The notes: a model not told the origin generated them from the sequence alone. Shown: positions 12,652 to 26,422, counted from the first letter of the stretch. The stretch is 64,000 nucleotides of DNA from Sphyrna mokarran (GCA_024679065.1 JAGIQG010000017.1:57908001-57972000), one strand, 5' to 3'. A program made the numbers and translations.

Positions 12652-12679
12652 CACGGTAATTTATACTCATGCAAAAAAG
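12652..12679 (-). other. 5' 12-RSS of D-beta, with TATAAA in the spacer
   Basis: Plus strand CACGGTA ATTTATACTCAT GCAAAAAAG. Confidence 0.9.
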
Positions 12680-13448
12680 AGATCATGCAAGGCCCCACCT
12701 CTTCGTCTCGTGGTCTCAGTTGAGATTGAAATGTGGAAGACTGCAAGATCTTTGGAAAGTGATCAAGTGCACCTTGCACTTAGGAGCGACTGGTGGGCAT
12801 TCAGCAGCTGAAACATCTTGGATAGGAGCAGGAGGAGACTATTCACTTTTATGTGCCAGTTAGGTTGGGAAAGAAAGAGGCCCATTAAGATAAATTAAAC
12901 GTCCTGCAATCGGACTAGAAGAGGTACTCAGCTCACCCAATTTGGTGCACAGAAAGAGCAAGTCCTAGTCACACCCTTACACTTATTACACAGGAAAGAA
13001 GGGAGTGATAAACCTATCCTAAGCTTGCTGTAGAAGAATAGAGGAAGACCATTACACCAATCCCAGTTGTTTGTAGGTGTTGTTCATTGAGATTTCGGCC
13101 CTCTTGGATAGGTTTAGACAGCCATTCATCCATTTACTTGTTACAGGAGTCTTCCAACCATTAAAGCCTGCTTCCGTCACTTCCTAATAACCTTACTGAC
13201 TTCTTTTCTTCCTTTTGTTGCACCACTCATCCGGCCTTTCTTGCATTCTCTGATTGAACCCTCCCGGATTACATTCATCATATCTACAGTGTGCTGGATC
13301 TCAGGAAATATCCGTCACCTTCTCTAAAACAGACAAAGGTAATTTATTCAGGAACTCACGTCCACCCTGTTCTATTGCAGCCCAGCTGTCATTTTGATGT
13401 GTGTCGTTGTTCACACTGGGGTGCTTCTCTCTTCAAACAGTCCCACGT

Positions 13449-13476
13449 CACAGCGCACCTGTCCCCAAAATAAACC
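13449..13476 (-). other. Orphan 12-RSS-like signal
   Basis: Plus strand CACAGCG CACCTGTCCCCA AAATAAACC; same polarity as the D 5' and J RSSs. Confidence 0.5.
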
Positions 13477-13699
13477 AGGCTGAAATCAAACATTTTGTTA
13501 CATTCTTTAACTTCTTAATGCGCAGCTAAACGTGGGACGAAGCTCCTGCTTTGCATCGGTTGCAAGAAGTATCTAACAGAAAACGAAGACATTGGCAGAA
13601 GAAACTATTTGCAATGTATGCGATAGTGATGTCACTAAAGTGTCTGTCCTTTCTGCTCTTCTGAAATCAAAGCAGAGAATATACTTTATACTTTATGTA

Positions 13700-16546
13700 T
13701 AATTTAATGCAAGGAGTATTCGCAGTAAGGGGGAGGAACTTGCAGATTGGACCAGTACCTGGAACTTCGATGTTGTGGCCATTTCAGAGACTTGGGTAGA
13801 GCAGGGACAAGAATGGATGTTGCAGGTTCCAGGGTTCAAATGCTTTAGTCGGAGTAGAGAAGGAGGTAGAAGGGGGGGAGGAGTGGCATTATTAGTCAAA
13901 GACTGTATCACAGTGACAGAGAAGAAGTTTGATGAGGACTTGTCTGTTGAGGTAGTATGGGCTGAGATTAGAAACAGGAAAGGAGAGGTCACCCTGTTGG
14001 GAGTCTTTTATAGACCTCCTAAAAGTTCTAGAGAGGTAGAGGAAAGGATTGCAAAGTCAATTCTGGTCAGGAGTGAAAGTAATAGGGTAATTGTTATGGG
14101 GGACTTTAACTTTACTAATATTGATTGGAATAGCTATAGCTCTAGCTCGTTAGAGGGGTCAGTTTTCGTACAAAGTGTGCAGGAAGGTTTTTTGACTCAG
14201 TATGTAGATAGGCCAACTAGAGGTGAGGCTACATTGGATTTGGTGCTGGGCAATGAGCCAGACCAGGTGTTAGGCTTGGAAGTTGGTGAACATTTTGGTG
14301 ATAGTGACCACAATTCGGTTACGTTCACCTTAGTGATGGATAGGGATAGGCATGAAGCTGGGGGCAGTAGTTATAGCTGGGGGAAGGGTAATTATGAGGC
14401 CATCAGGAGAGAATTAGGGTGCATAGATTGGACTAGGAAGCTACAGGGACTGGGAAGATCTGGAATGTGGAGCTTATTCAAGGAGCAGCTGCTGCGCGTC
14501 CTTGATAAGTATGCCCCTGTCAGTCAAGGAGGAAATGGTCGAGTAAGAGAACCTTGGTGTACGAAAAAAGTTGATTTGCTGGTTAAAAGGAAAAAGCAGG
14601 CTTATGTCAGGATGAGGATTGAAGGCTCGGTTAGTGCAATGGATAGCTATAGATTAGCCAGGAGGGGGCTAAAGAGTGAATTGAGGAGAGCGAAGAGAGG
14701 ACACGAGAAGACTTTGGCTGGTAGGATTAGGGAGAATCCTAAAGCTTTCTTTAGATATGTTAAGAATAGAAGATAGGTTAGGACAAGGTTAGGGCCAGTC
14801 ATAGACAGCAGTGGGAAGTTGTGCGTGGAGCCTGAGGAGATTGGAGAGGTACTGAATAAATATTTCTCTTCGGTATTCACGCAGGGTGATGTAAATGTAG
14901 TTATGGAGAACACTGAGGTACAGGGTAGCAAACTGGAAGGTATCGAAGTAGATAGGGAGGATGTGCTAGATATTCTCGAGGGTTTGAAGTTGGATAAGTC
15001 CCCTGGGCCGGACGGGATTTACCCTAGGATTCTCTGGGAGGCAAGAGAGGAGATTGCAGAGCCTCTGGCTCTGATCTTCAGGTCGTCGTTGGTTACGGTG
15101 TGGTTCCGGAGGACTGGAGGATAGCGAATGTGGTCCCATTGTTCAAGAAGGGGAAGAGAGACCTTCCAGGGAATTATAGGCCAGTGAGTCTTACTTCTGT
15201 GGTGGGCAAAGTGTTGGAGAGAATAATTAGGGATAGGATTTATAGTTATTTAGAGAGTAATGAATTGATTGGAGATAGTCAGCATGGTTTTGTGAAGGGT
15301 AGGTCGTGCCATACTAACCTCATTGAGTTTTTTGAAAAAGTGACTAAGGAGGTGGATGGGGGTAAGGCGGTTGATGTGGTATATATGGACTTTAGTAAGG
15401 CGTTTGATAAGGTGGCCCATGGAAGACTTCTGCAGAAAATGCAGATGTATGGGATAGAGGGTGATTTAGCTAATTGGGTTAGGAATTGGCTAGCAGATAG
15501 AAGACAGAGGGTGGTGGTTGATGGGAGATATTCATCGTGGAGTTCGGTGACAAGTGGTGTACCTCAGGGGTCTGTTTTGGGGCCCCTGCTGTTTGTAATT
15601 TTTATAAATGATCTGGATGAGGGTATTGAAGGATGGATTAGTAAATTTGCAGATGACACTAAAGTCGGTGGAGTGGTAGATAGTGAAGAGGGGTGTTATA
15701 GTTTGCAGAGGGACTTGGACAAGTTGCAGAGCTGGGCCGAGAGGTGGCAAATGGAGTTTAATGTGGAAAAGTGTGAGGTAATGCACTATGGCAGAAATAA
15801 TAAATGTGTAGAGTATAGGGCAAATGGTAGGATTCTTAGTAGTCTAGATGAACAGAGGGATCTTGGTGTGTATGTGCATAGATCCCTGAAAGTAGGCAGT
15901 CAGGTCGAGAAGGTTGTTAGGAAGGCATATGGAGTCTTGGCTTTTATTGGTAGAGGGATTGAATTTCGGAGCCGCAACGTCATGTTGCAACTGTACAAAA
16001 CTCTAGTGCGGCCGCACTTGGAGTATTGTGTGCAGTTCTGGTCCCCACATTATAAGAAAGATGTGGAGGCATTGGAGAGGGTACAGAGGAGGTTTACCAG
16101 GATGTTGCCTGGTATGGAGGGCAGGTCTTATGAGGAGAGGCTGAGGGATTTGAGGTTGTTTTCGTTAGAAAGGAGGAGGCTAAGAGGGGACCTGATCGAA
16201 ACATATAAGATGATTAGAGGTTTAGATAGGGTGGACAGTGATAGCCTTTTTCCTAGGATGGAGAAAGCTAGCACGAGGGGACACAGCTTTAAATTAAGGG
16301 GTGATAGTTATAGGACGGATATCAGAGGCAGGTTCTTTACCCAAAGGGTGGTTCGGGAGTGGAATGCCCTGCCTGCAGCGGTTGTAGATGCGCCAAGTTT
16401 GGTGGCGTTTAAGAGGTTAGTTGATAAGTATATGGAAGAGAAGGGAATGGTTTAGTTTGGAGGGGCATTGCTTTTTATATTGGTCGGCGCAACATCGAAG
16501 GCCGAAGGGCCTGTTCTGTGCTGTAATGTTCTATGTTCTATGTTCT
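13700..16546 (+). mobile_element. CR1 LINE with nearly complete ORF2 (APE endonuclease and RT), one stop and one frameshift
   Basis: ORFs 13775-14776, 14819-15124 and 15100-16455; motifs SETW, GDFN, SDH, FADD; ATGTTCT tail. Confidence 0.95.
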
Positions 16547-19500
16547 AATATGAATCTATTGTTGCTTACAAATGTTCCCCGGGGCAAAATCGACCCAGGA
16601 ATATTATGGTAAAACTCTACTAGGGGATGGACATTTGGAATAATCTGTACAATGATGGAATCGAGTTTACTTAAGAGATATGGAAGCGAAGAGAATTTTT
16701 GTGAAAATTGTAAACAGAGACCGTTTTTTTCCCTATCATGGCACACAGATGAAACTGTAATACTATTCTTGGAAACGAAGGGATTTTGGTGAATTAAAAA
16801 GAAATGTTCAACATTATGCAGCTTTCCAATGAGGTGGGTGTACACAAGGTGATTCTATGTATGGGATGGAGGATTCCAGATATCAGCAGTTTCCAAAATA
16901 CAAAACAAGACCAAATGATTCTGGAAAATCTCAGCAGGCCTGTAGCACCTGAGTGGGGAGAAGCGGAATTAAATTTTCCAGTTCCAATTTTATCGTATCA
17001 TCATGGGTAATTCCAACTGGAATTCGTGAGAAACGTTTTTCCTGGTAAGAATGCTCGACAAGAGAGGATTGGGATGAAGGACGTATTTGAAGGGAAATTT
17101 AGAAAAAAACGGAAGAGGGCGAGGACTGTCGAATAGGGAGGTGAAGGACCAATTGGAAGAGTCAGTTTCTATGCAATTGGTTCAGGGTTCCTGACAGAAC
17201 TCTATCCTCAAACTATTTGTAATAAATGCTTCCAATATGTGCAAGGGAAGCATTATGTCCCAAGAGATGAACCAGAGTCGTCCTTGCTGTACTGTGTTGT
17301 CAGAACGAAATCAACCTCGGTAAAACAGAGCTGCACTAAGCCAGCCATGCGACACTACAGCACTCCCTCAGTACTGACCCTTCCTCAGTGAGTCTTCCCC
17401 TTCAGAACTATGCCTCAAAAAGTTTAGCGTTCATTCAGTGCTGCCCATTCAACAATCCAACCTCCTCTCACTCAATGTATCAACATGGCATTATGTTGAA
17501 GCCCCTGGAGTGGACATTGGACCTAACAGCACTTGATATAATGGAGATAGAACTACCAACTGAGCCGGGCGTTCATCTAAGGCATACACTTTTAAAGATC
17601 GAATGGATTGTTGCTAAGCCACGTTAAGGGATAGCTTGTCCCACAAATCCAGAAGTCACTCACCATCCTGAATTGAAAATGCATCGCCTTTCTTTACTGT
17701 CACTCTCTCAGAAGCTGAGACATTCTTCCTTAAGGCATATTGTACGTACACGAGTGGCCTGTAGTGGTTCTACTTCACCTTGTCTAAGCAATTAGGATTT
17801 GGTAATAAATGGTGGCCTCGTCAGCAATCTGCATCCTATGAACGAATAAAGAGACAACAGAGTTTTTTTTTTGGTTCTAGTTTATTTGGCATTTAATCGA
17901 GTCTTGGCCAGTTGGAGAAATGGGGTGGATGGGCCAATCATGATTGCGCAATATTTCAATAGTACTTGTAGCTTCTCAATTTCTGCTGTTTGCATTTTCC
18001 AGCCCGAGTTTTGAACTACCTTCTGTGAAACTTTCCACCTTTATGAAGATGCTCCCCAAATCCCAGCAAGATTCGGATCGCAGGTCCTGAATATTTCTTC
18101 ATGTTATTCCAAACATGGGTTGAATTACTCTCCTTGGCGATGTTTTGGTTACCTAGTTTGAAACAGCTATACCAATGCATGTTTTTAGGATGCAATTGAA
18201 TTCCCATTTGTGAATGGGAGCCCTGCTAGGCACAGGAATGACACTTGAGACCAGCGCTGCGAGGATTATATCAGTACTGCTTTCTGCCTTTGCCACAAGA
18301 AAAGTCGAAACAACTTCAATTAGGGGCTGGAGATGTTGTCCAAACGATGACAAGGACGCTTGCGGTTTGAACTGCAATCAGAGAGCTCAGAACCTATTGC
18401 AATAAGTAAATCTGTGGGGAAATGGCGGTATGCAACACCTTCTGCCCCAGAGCCACCAAAACAGATACGAGAAATTTGAAATTAAAAGTACAACATGTTG
18501 GGAATATTCAACAATCAGATGCAGAGAGAAGGATGGGTAACATTTGAGGTCAAATTCAAGGTTCTCACGAAAGCTTATTTGAAATGTGTTAAATCCCTTT
18601 TTCTTTCTCCAAAGATAACTCCCAAGTTGCTGAGATTTTCCAACGTTTATTTTGGTTTTGATTTGTTGGCCGTATCTTCCTCTGCCCTCTCACTCTGCCA
18701 AAGTAATTTCCAATGGTCCCATTTTCCCATTGTGGTTATGGCGTTAAAGAGTAAAATTCTTCAGTCTGGGTGTCAGCGAGAATCTGTACTCAATGCTCAC
18801 TTGTAAAAATGGTCTGGCTTTATCATGTTGTCCTTTCTGGAAGCTTTTGGCTTTTGATTTTCCTAAACTACTGAATAGACTTCGAAAAATGCAAATAGAC
18901 TCAAAAATAAAATAAATAGACTTCTAAACATTATCTGCATAGATTTAAGGTGCTGAGAGGCAAGATTTAAAGGAGATATGCGAGGCAGATTTTTACACAG
19001 AGAATAGTGGGTATCTGGGGAGGTAGTGGAAGTACGATAGTAACTTTTCAGGGACGTCTTGTCAAGTACATGAATAAGATGGGAATAGAAATATATGATC
19101 GCCGGAAGAGTAAGGGGTTTTATTTAAGGAGGGCAGCATGGTCAACACTGCCTTGGAGGGCTGAAAGGCCTGTTTCTGTGTTGTAAATTTCTTTGTTCAT
19201 TATCTATGGAGATGGTCCCATCAGGTCAAAGGTTACCACAACATAGGAGCAGAAGTAGGCCGTTCTGTCCATCAAATCTGCTCCACCTTTCAATCAGATC
19301 ATAACTGATCTGATGTGGTAATACTCAACTTCAACTTTCCGGCCTCACCCCTATAATCCTCTGTGCCTTTACTGATTCTAAATCTGTTTATCTCAGCCTT
19401 GAATATGTTTAATGGCCTAGTCTCTATGACCCTCTGTGGTAAAGCATTCCACAGGCTCACTACCTTCTGAGAGAGAAGAAATTTCTCCCTGTTTCTGTGA

Positions 19501-20290
19501 GCGATCCCTTACTCTGAAACGTCTTAGTGTAGAATATATTGGGTGGGTTTTTGAAAAGGTGGGATCAAGCCTTCTTCCTTTGTCTGGAGTGATTATTTTT
19601 GAGGCATCTGAAAAATCTCCTCTGAATTCTTTCTCACCTCTTCTTATGCTCCTTAAATTAATTTACTTGGGCTGAAGAAACGTCTTTCTTGAACGCTGAA
19701 GATTTGTCATCCTGAGCCTGGGGTCAGGAGTACCTGGCGATTCTGATCTGCCCGTGTTAAACACCGAGGTGTCAGCAGTTTAACTGATTGAAGATTCTCA
19801 CCAGGAGATAGATCTGCCTTCTTATAGATCTTACACATGGCTGTCAGTGTGCGCCCTTTGGCAAGGCAGCGCATGTCTAAGGTGATATCCTACGGGTCTC
19901 AAATGGATTGTTTTGTCTTGGATGGCATCAAGTTGAATGAGTGTTATTCGAGCATTCATCCTGGCAAAGGGAGATTAGTCCACAATTCGCCTAATCTATG
20001 TTTTGAAGTTGTTTAATTGTCTGTATATTACTTTGTTGTTAGATAATAAGCTTGCCTAGTTCAATAATTAACGTTATTGGGCAGTGATTGTGACTGAGTC
20101 TATCACATGTGATGAGATATTTGAATCTTGAATACATCTCTGAAACATATGTATTCATCCCCTTCTCTCTCCTCTTCCTTTGTCCCGTTATTCAGCCTTG
20201 ATGGGAGTGCCAATGTGCAGGTGGAAGTGGGAAGCCATGAGTGACTGGGGCGGATTGGATCTTGCAGTCAGTTGCCATGTTTATGCGATC

Positions 20291-20329
20291 AGTTTTTGCA
20301 CTGAGGCCATCGTCATCTGCAGCTCTGTG
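20291..20329 (-). other. 23-RSS of the CASS-type V-beta
   Basis: Minus strand CACAGAG, 23 bp, GCAAAAACT. Confidence 0.92.
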
Positions 20330-20631
20330 CTTACTGCTTGCACAGTAATACAAAGCGGAATCCGCAACCTTCACTTTCAACATCCTCAAGGTGCACATTT
20401 TCTCCTCGGGCCTTAGAATCTCCACCTCCTTCTCAAAATTTCCTTCATACTTAGCTCCTATTCCGTTAGTATGATAACCCATCAGATTGAAAGCCACGCC
20501 AGTGTACTGCTGATACCAGAGCATCATAGCCTTGCTGCTGTCGTTTTGGTAACAGTTTAATTCTACTGTCTCGCCTTTATTCACCGCCATCAGAGTTGGC
20601 CATTGGTGTATCACGTCTGCCAGTGATATGT
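20330..20631 (-). CDS. TRBV: TCR beta V exon (CASS type)
   Basis: DVIHQWP...VELNC...WYQQ...DSALYYCASSK; TTTCTTCAG acceptor; open frame; 23-RSS follows. Confidence 0.93.
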
Positions 20632-20739
20632 CTGAAGAAAGAAAGAGAATATTTCCAAGGTTTAAATCTTTGTGTGTGATACGGAGTGTCGTTTAAAATT
20701 TTTAAATAACTCGATAGTGGATGAAAAAAAAAAGATGCC

Positions 20740-20940
20740 AAATAGATAGATAATAGTCAGATAAGTAGTAGTCAGATAGGTAGACAGAAAGATAATTACA
20801 AATAGATAGATGGATTGATAGGTAGATAGATAATTATAAATAGATAGATGGATTGATAGATAGATAATTACAAATAGAGAGATGGATAGACAGATAGACA
20901 GAGAGATAGACAGATAGATAGGTAGATAGATAGAAAGATG
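20740..20940. repeat. (GATA)n/(TATC)n microsatellite in the V intron
   Basis: Degenerate AGAT/AGAC units. Confidence 0.9.
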
Positions 20941-21223
20941 TTTGAGACTTAGATACAGCGAGTACAAGACAGTTAAATTGTCCTCAATGCGGACAAACGT
21001 TCTGTTGAATACAATTCTAGTAGTGGTATGAAAATGCAAACAATTCTCATTTCCTTACAAAGTTAAGTTAATATGATTCTACAAGGCATTCCATACTAAC
21101 CATAAATTTAAGAACAATTTAAAACATAACTGCAATGTTTTCCAGTCGAACTGGATTTGCGTTAATAATGGATAACAAGATGAGATTTTAGCATTGATGT
21201 CGTTATAATCTGTGGCCACATAC

Positions 21224-21266
21224 CTAGAAATGAAGAGCAGGCGATAACAAGGAGACTGGTTAGCAT
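21224..21266 (-). CDS. TRBV: Leader exon of the CASS-type V-beta (MLTSLLVIACSSFL)
   Basis: 43-nt hydrophobic exon; phase-1 GTATGT donor compatible with the V exon. Confidence 0.85.
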
Positions 21267-21338
21267 CTTGCACCCTGCAGGTTGTATCTGTGATAGGGGC
21301 TGCTTTAAGCAGCAGGCGATAAAGCTTTCTTCAGGATA

Positions 21339-21346
21339 TGACATCA
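21339..21346 (-). promoter_or_regulatory. CRE-like V-beta promoter decamer core TGATGTCA
   Basis: About 75 bp upstream of the leader ATG; matches the core of the known AGTGA(T/C)(G/A)TCA motif. Confidence 0.6.
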
Positions 21347-23704
21347 GGAGAATCTGGTTTCCTGTGACTGGTCAATTCCTGTATCACAGAATAGTCAGAC
21401 ATCTGGTGAAAGGTTAAAAAAGGTATCAGTCCCTGTGTGTGTCCTCGCCGTACAGATGCGACTAGTTGGCGTCTGGTCCACTTTGTTAGACATATTGAGG
21501 CAGGGTCCGTGTTTGGATCTGAATATCAGGAAAGGATTGAAGGGCTGAATGTCATATACCTCGGGGAAAAATAAGGTAGTGGTCTTGTAAAACCATGGAA
21601 AGATAGATTACCATCTCTGGTGAAGGCAAAGAGACAAAATGGCCTCTACTTCTATATGGCGTGGACTGATTTGTATATTCCTTGTCCTCCTGGAGTATAC
21701 AAATCTGGGGTTGAAGGCTTGCCGGCCAGCAGCTTGGGCGCCTGTAATCTGCTTCTCAGGCTGGATGTGGATGCTCTAAGGAACCAGGCTGTGGTTTGTC
21801 ACTCAGAAGTGACACGGTGACCAAGCCATGGGAAATGTGTGGAGTGGCACAGATAAGGTGTGTGTAAAATTCTCTGTTAGAGAATTGGTGCAAAACACGA
21901 TGGGCCGAATGGCCCCTCCTATTCTATGATCTTGATTGCATCAACTGTCTGATTCTGTGAAGAGCCAGCCGTGTAAAACCTTGGTTAAATTTCGCAGGAT
22001 GTTGTCAACAGGAGGTAGGGATAAACACCTACCTCCACTCCTGGCGAGAGGAAAGCACTGGATCTCTATTCAATGTTTTTGCTGGTAAATGGTGCAATAT
22101 GGAAAGAAATTCTGGGGGAGGAGGGTAGTGGTAGGTGGGAGGTGGTGGGCGGTGAGGTGGACAAATGTATTTGACAAGTTACTGGGGTCAAGAATGTAAA
22201 TTGTGTGGCGAGACGGAAGCAGTTGCTATCTTTTTGCACAATGCAGGGCTGCTTAATTTGGAGAAGTATATTCTAAAGACGGATTGTTATTTCATATTTT
22301 ACAGCGCTAAAACTTTCTCTAAATATTGTCAGTTGTTATCTCTGCAAATGCAAATCACGCTGAATTTTTTGTCAGTTGTGAACATTATTCTTCCATAATG
22401 AGGGATTATGCATTTGATGCTGGAATTCAGCAGAATACTAAAGACAAGGAAAAGAGTAATGTGTATGCATTAATATAATCTCATTAAGTACTTTATATTT
22501 TTTCGTCAGATGCTTGACAATCTGTTGTACCATATGTTGTCACATTGTTAACAGTATTGTAAAATAATGAAGGGAGATCCGAGAGCAAATGATGAGAAAT
22601 CGTTTCAAGTGACAGAAGGTAGGTGCCAAAGGGAGACTGATTTCAAACAATTGGCAATAGAATCAGTTGGAGAAAAGAGGGAATGCTTCAGTTAAGCAGT
22701 GAATTGTCTTAATCTTCAAATCAGAATTTGCACTATGTTCAAAGTAGGTTCAATAATAATGTTCGAAATTGAATTGAAATAGAGTGGGTGAATACAAACA
22801 ATTTGCAAAATTATGGGATAGGATGATCGATTGGATTTTTATCTCAAAAATCAAATCGTCGACGGAGCGAGCTCCTTCTGTGTTATATTGTTTGGTGATT
22901 CCACAAGCTGTTGGTAGAAAATGTACTATCTGCTGCGGCCAGTTGGGGCGCTAAATGAGCGCCACAAACATTCAATCATCCCAGGCATATTTTGTATCTG
23001 AAGATATCTTTCTGAAGCTACAGACACAGAAGCAGACAGCAGGGTGTAATTATCAGGCGCCAGTCTTAAAGCAAGCAGCATGTGGCTAATTATCTCAGCC
23101 TTAAACGACACAAGCGTGTAATTTGTGACCATTCCTTATGCAGAGAAATGAATAGAGTTTCTAATGTCTGATCAACCTGTTTGAGGCAAAGAATATTAGG
23201 ATAGCCAGTATTCCTCAGCCTGCATGTGAACTATCAATCCATAAGATGACAGCTCCACGTAACAGGCAATTATTTCTGTCGAATGGAAGATAGATTAGTT
23301 TCTTATATCTGCCAATAATACATCAGGACAGAATCTATACTGCAAGGAAGAAAACGTGAATTGCATGTTGCACTGTCGGGATATCATATAATTTTGCAAT
23401 AAAATATTAAGGTGTACTTCTTACTAAGTGCGGCAAGCAACGAGGCCAATTTATGCACTTCATAGTCCAACAATCAGCAATGCTTTTGACAATTCGAGCT
23501 AACATTACAACCAAAAACATACCCCCTGCAAAAAGGCCGTACACTTTCAGAATCAAATTTGCAATTGTGCAGCGATTCTTTGGTACTATTTCTTCAATTA
23601 TCCAATATTCCATCAGTAAAGGCACTCGGAGTGCCAGCCTTGATTTTGAACTCAAATACCTGGAGTAAATCCTAAATCTACGACTTACTTCGTGGAATCA
23701 AATA

Positions 23705-24643
23705 TGCCCCAGGGATCTGTTCTGTGACCCCTGCTCTTTGTCATTTTCATAAATGACCTGGATGAGGAAGTGGAGGGATGGGTTAGCAAGTTCGCTGACG
23801 ATACAAAGGTCGGTGGTGTTGTGGATGGTCTGGAGGGATGCCAAAAGTTGCAGTGGAACATAGACAGGATTCAAGACTGGGCGGAGAAGTGGCAGATAGA
23901 CTTCAACGCAGATAAATGTGTAGTGGTCCATTTTGGCAGGAATAATGGGATGACGGAGTACAATATAAAGGGTAGGAGTCTTAGCTGTGTTGTAGAGCAG
24001 AAGGATCTCGGGGTCCGGATCCATAGGACTCTTAAATCGGCCTCGCAGGTGGAGGAAGTGGTGAAGAAGGCGTACGGTGTACTGGCCTTCATTAATCGAG
24101 GAATAGAGTTTAGGAGTCAGGAGGTAAAGATGCAGCTCTATAAGAATCTTGTCAGATCCCAGTTGGAGTATTGTGCGCAGTTCTGGTCGCCCCATTATAG
24201 AAAAGATGTAGAAGTTATTGAGAGGGTTCAGAGGAGATTTACAAGGATGCTGCCTGGATTGGGAGGCAGGCCTTATGGAGATAGGTTGAGTGAACTGGGA
24301 CTCTTCTCACTGGAGAGACAAAGGTTGAGAGGCAACCTGATAGAGGTTTCCCCGAAAGGAAATGGTCACTACTAGAGGACACAGATTTAAGGTGCAGGGA
24401 AGCAAATATAAAGGAGATGTCAGGGGTAGGTTTTTCACTCAGAGAGCGGTGAGTGAATAGAACCGACTGCCGACGGATGTTGTTGAGGCAAACTCACTGG
24501 GGTCTTTTAAAAGACTTCTGGATCAGTATATGGAAAAGAATAGGATAGGGGGTTATAGATAGGTCTGTAGATTGGTAGATGTGATCGGCTCAACTCGTGG
24601 GCTGAAGGGCCTGTTTGTGCTGTATTGTTCTATGTTCTATGTT
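23705..24643 (+). mobile_element. 5'-truncated CR1 of a different subfamily
   Basis: ORF 23770-24375 with KFADDTK...LEYCAQFWSP; ATGTTCT tail. Confidence 0.9.
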
Positions 24644-25882
24644 ACTAATTGAATGGAAGGGACATAGGCCAGCTCGATACACAATACCATTTCCCAAAGA
24701 GAAGGGATTCTAAAACTCAAGGACTGAGGTTTACAATGAGAGGAGAGACATATACAAAAGGGTCCAGAGTGTAGTGTTTTCATACAGAGGGTGGTGAATT
24801 TTTGACACAAGCTGCCAGAGCTAGCCGTAGAGGCGGTTGAATTCTGTCTTTTAAAAAGGTTCAGATAATTTCATGGGTAAGTTGGCTTTCCAGAGATATG
24901 AGCCCAGTGTGGGTAATTGAAACTGGCTTAGTGGCAAGAAAATGAAGGGATGGGCAATTTGTAGGTAGTAGTAGAGGCGGGTACAATTTTGTCTTTCCAA
25001 AAGCGTTTAGACAGTTTCATGAGCAATTTGGATATAGAGCGATATGGGGCCTAAGCTGGCAATTGCGAGGGAGATTAGTGCAAAATAATGGATGGGGCGA
25101 GCGTGGAGCGGGCGACATGGACAAGTTCGGCCCAAGAGCTTGCTTCCATGCTTGTAAACCTCTAAAATAACAACAAATGTAGAACCTGTGACTCAGGTCA
25201 GAATGGGATAGGAAAAAACATTTAACTCATTCATGGAGAGGAGGCATAACTAGCAATTATTGTTCTTTATTCGGAAATTGGTACAGGGTCATTTTCTAGC
25301 AAACGGATTGAATTACTGAACCATGTCAGGGTATCTAATCACTCAACTACATTTGTATATAGGAGGTGGATGGTGCAGAGGCCAGACCGAGTAAGGATGG
25401 CAGATTTGCTTGACATTGTAAAGCAGACAGGCTTTTACGAAAATCCCGGGTGTCATGTATACTAATAACGAAAATCTGTATTGCAGATTTCACTCTGTTT
25501 CCTACCTTGATGTGAAAATCATATGTCTACATCAGTTAGCCTCGCCTTCTGTAGGAATAGAGCAGCACCATTTCGACTGTGCTCTGTTAGAAAGACAAAC
25601 CGCACTTCATTTAGAGACCCAAAGCAGGCTTAGACCGAGTAATGGATAAACGGATTAGGATGAAATCCACCACTCAGAAGTTGCTTTAAACTAATTTTCG
25701 ACTCTGCCAGCGAAGGAGGAAAAGTCAAGGTGCTGAGTCGCATCTGTTTCACTCCGGAAATGACTTGTGCAAAGCCAACCCACTTACAAGGTGCAGTTCT
25801 AGGTTGAAAAACTTGGAGGAGGAGGAGGCAATCTCACACTGTCTAGAATTGGAGAGATCCTGCAGTGAAACACTCTTGAAAT

Positions 25883-25925
25883 ATGTATGGGTGTGGGCTA
25901 TGGGCTGTGTTGCTGCTGTTAGCGG
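25883..25925 (+). CDS. TRBV: Leader exon of the inverted V-beta (MYGCGLWAVLLLLA)
   Basis: 43-nt hydrophobic exon; phase-1 GTAAGT donor. Confidence 0.87.
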
Positions 25926-26422
25926 GTAAGTTGGAACTGCCTTGAGTTATTAGTGATGTTCATTGTTTTTGCCCTGCGTTCCAATGAAGGTGTAATCTCA
26001 GTTCCACGGTTCTTCACTGAGTTTGAAGGTATAGATGCTCTCTGTGTTTCATTGGTACTCTATCCCTTGTTTCTCATTCTGTTTTTCTTTTCCTGCCACT
26101 CTGTTTCTATCATTCCATCGCTTTCCTGATCTATTTCTCTAGTTGACCCGAACTTCCTTCGCTCATCTCTCAGATGCTGTGTCTTTTCTCTCTTTCTCCC
26201 TATGCCATTCGATTCCTTTATGCCTTATCCTTTCCTATGTTCTTGCCTCTCTATTTTTCTTTGTTTCTCTCATTCTCCCTTCTCACTTATTGCCTGTTTT
26301 ACTCTCATTGTCTATCTCTATATCAATGCCTTACTCTCATTCTTGCTTTCACTCTATTTTACTCTCCATTTTTATATCCCCCCAAAGGTTAATATCTGTG
26401 TATTTTTCCCTCTGTTTTGCAG

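Noticed and set aside
18016-18405. Exon-like stretch containing MHWYSC
   Set aside because: Stops in the relevant frames; no V-domain YYC or RSS and no trypsin motifs.
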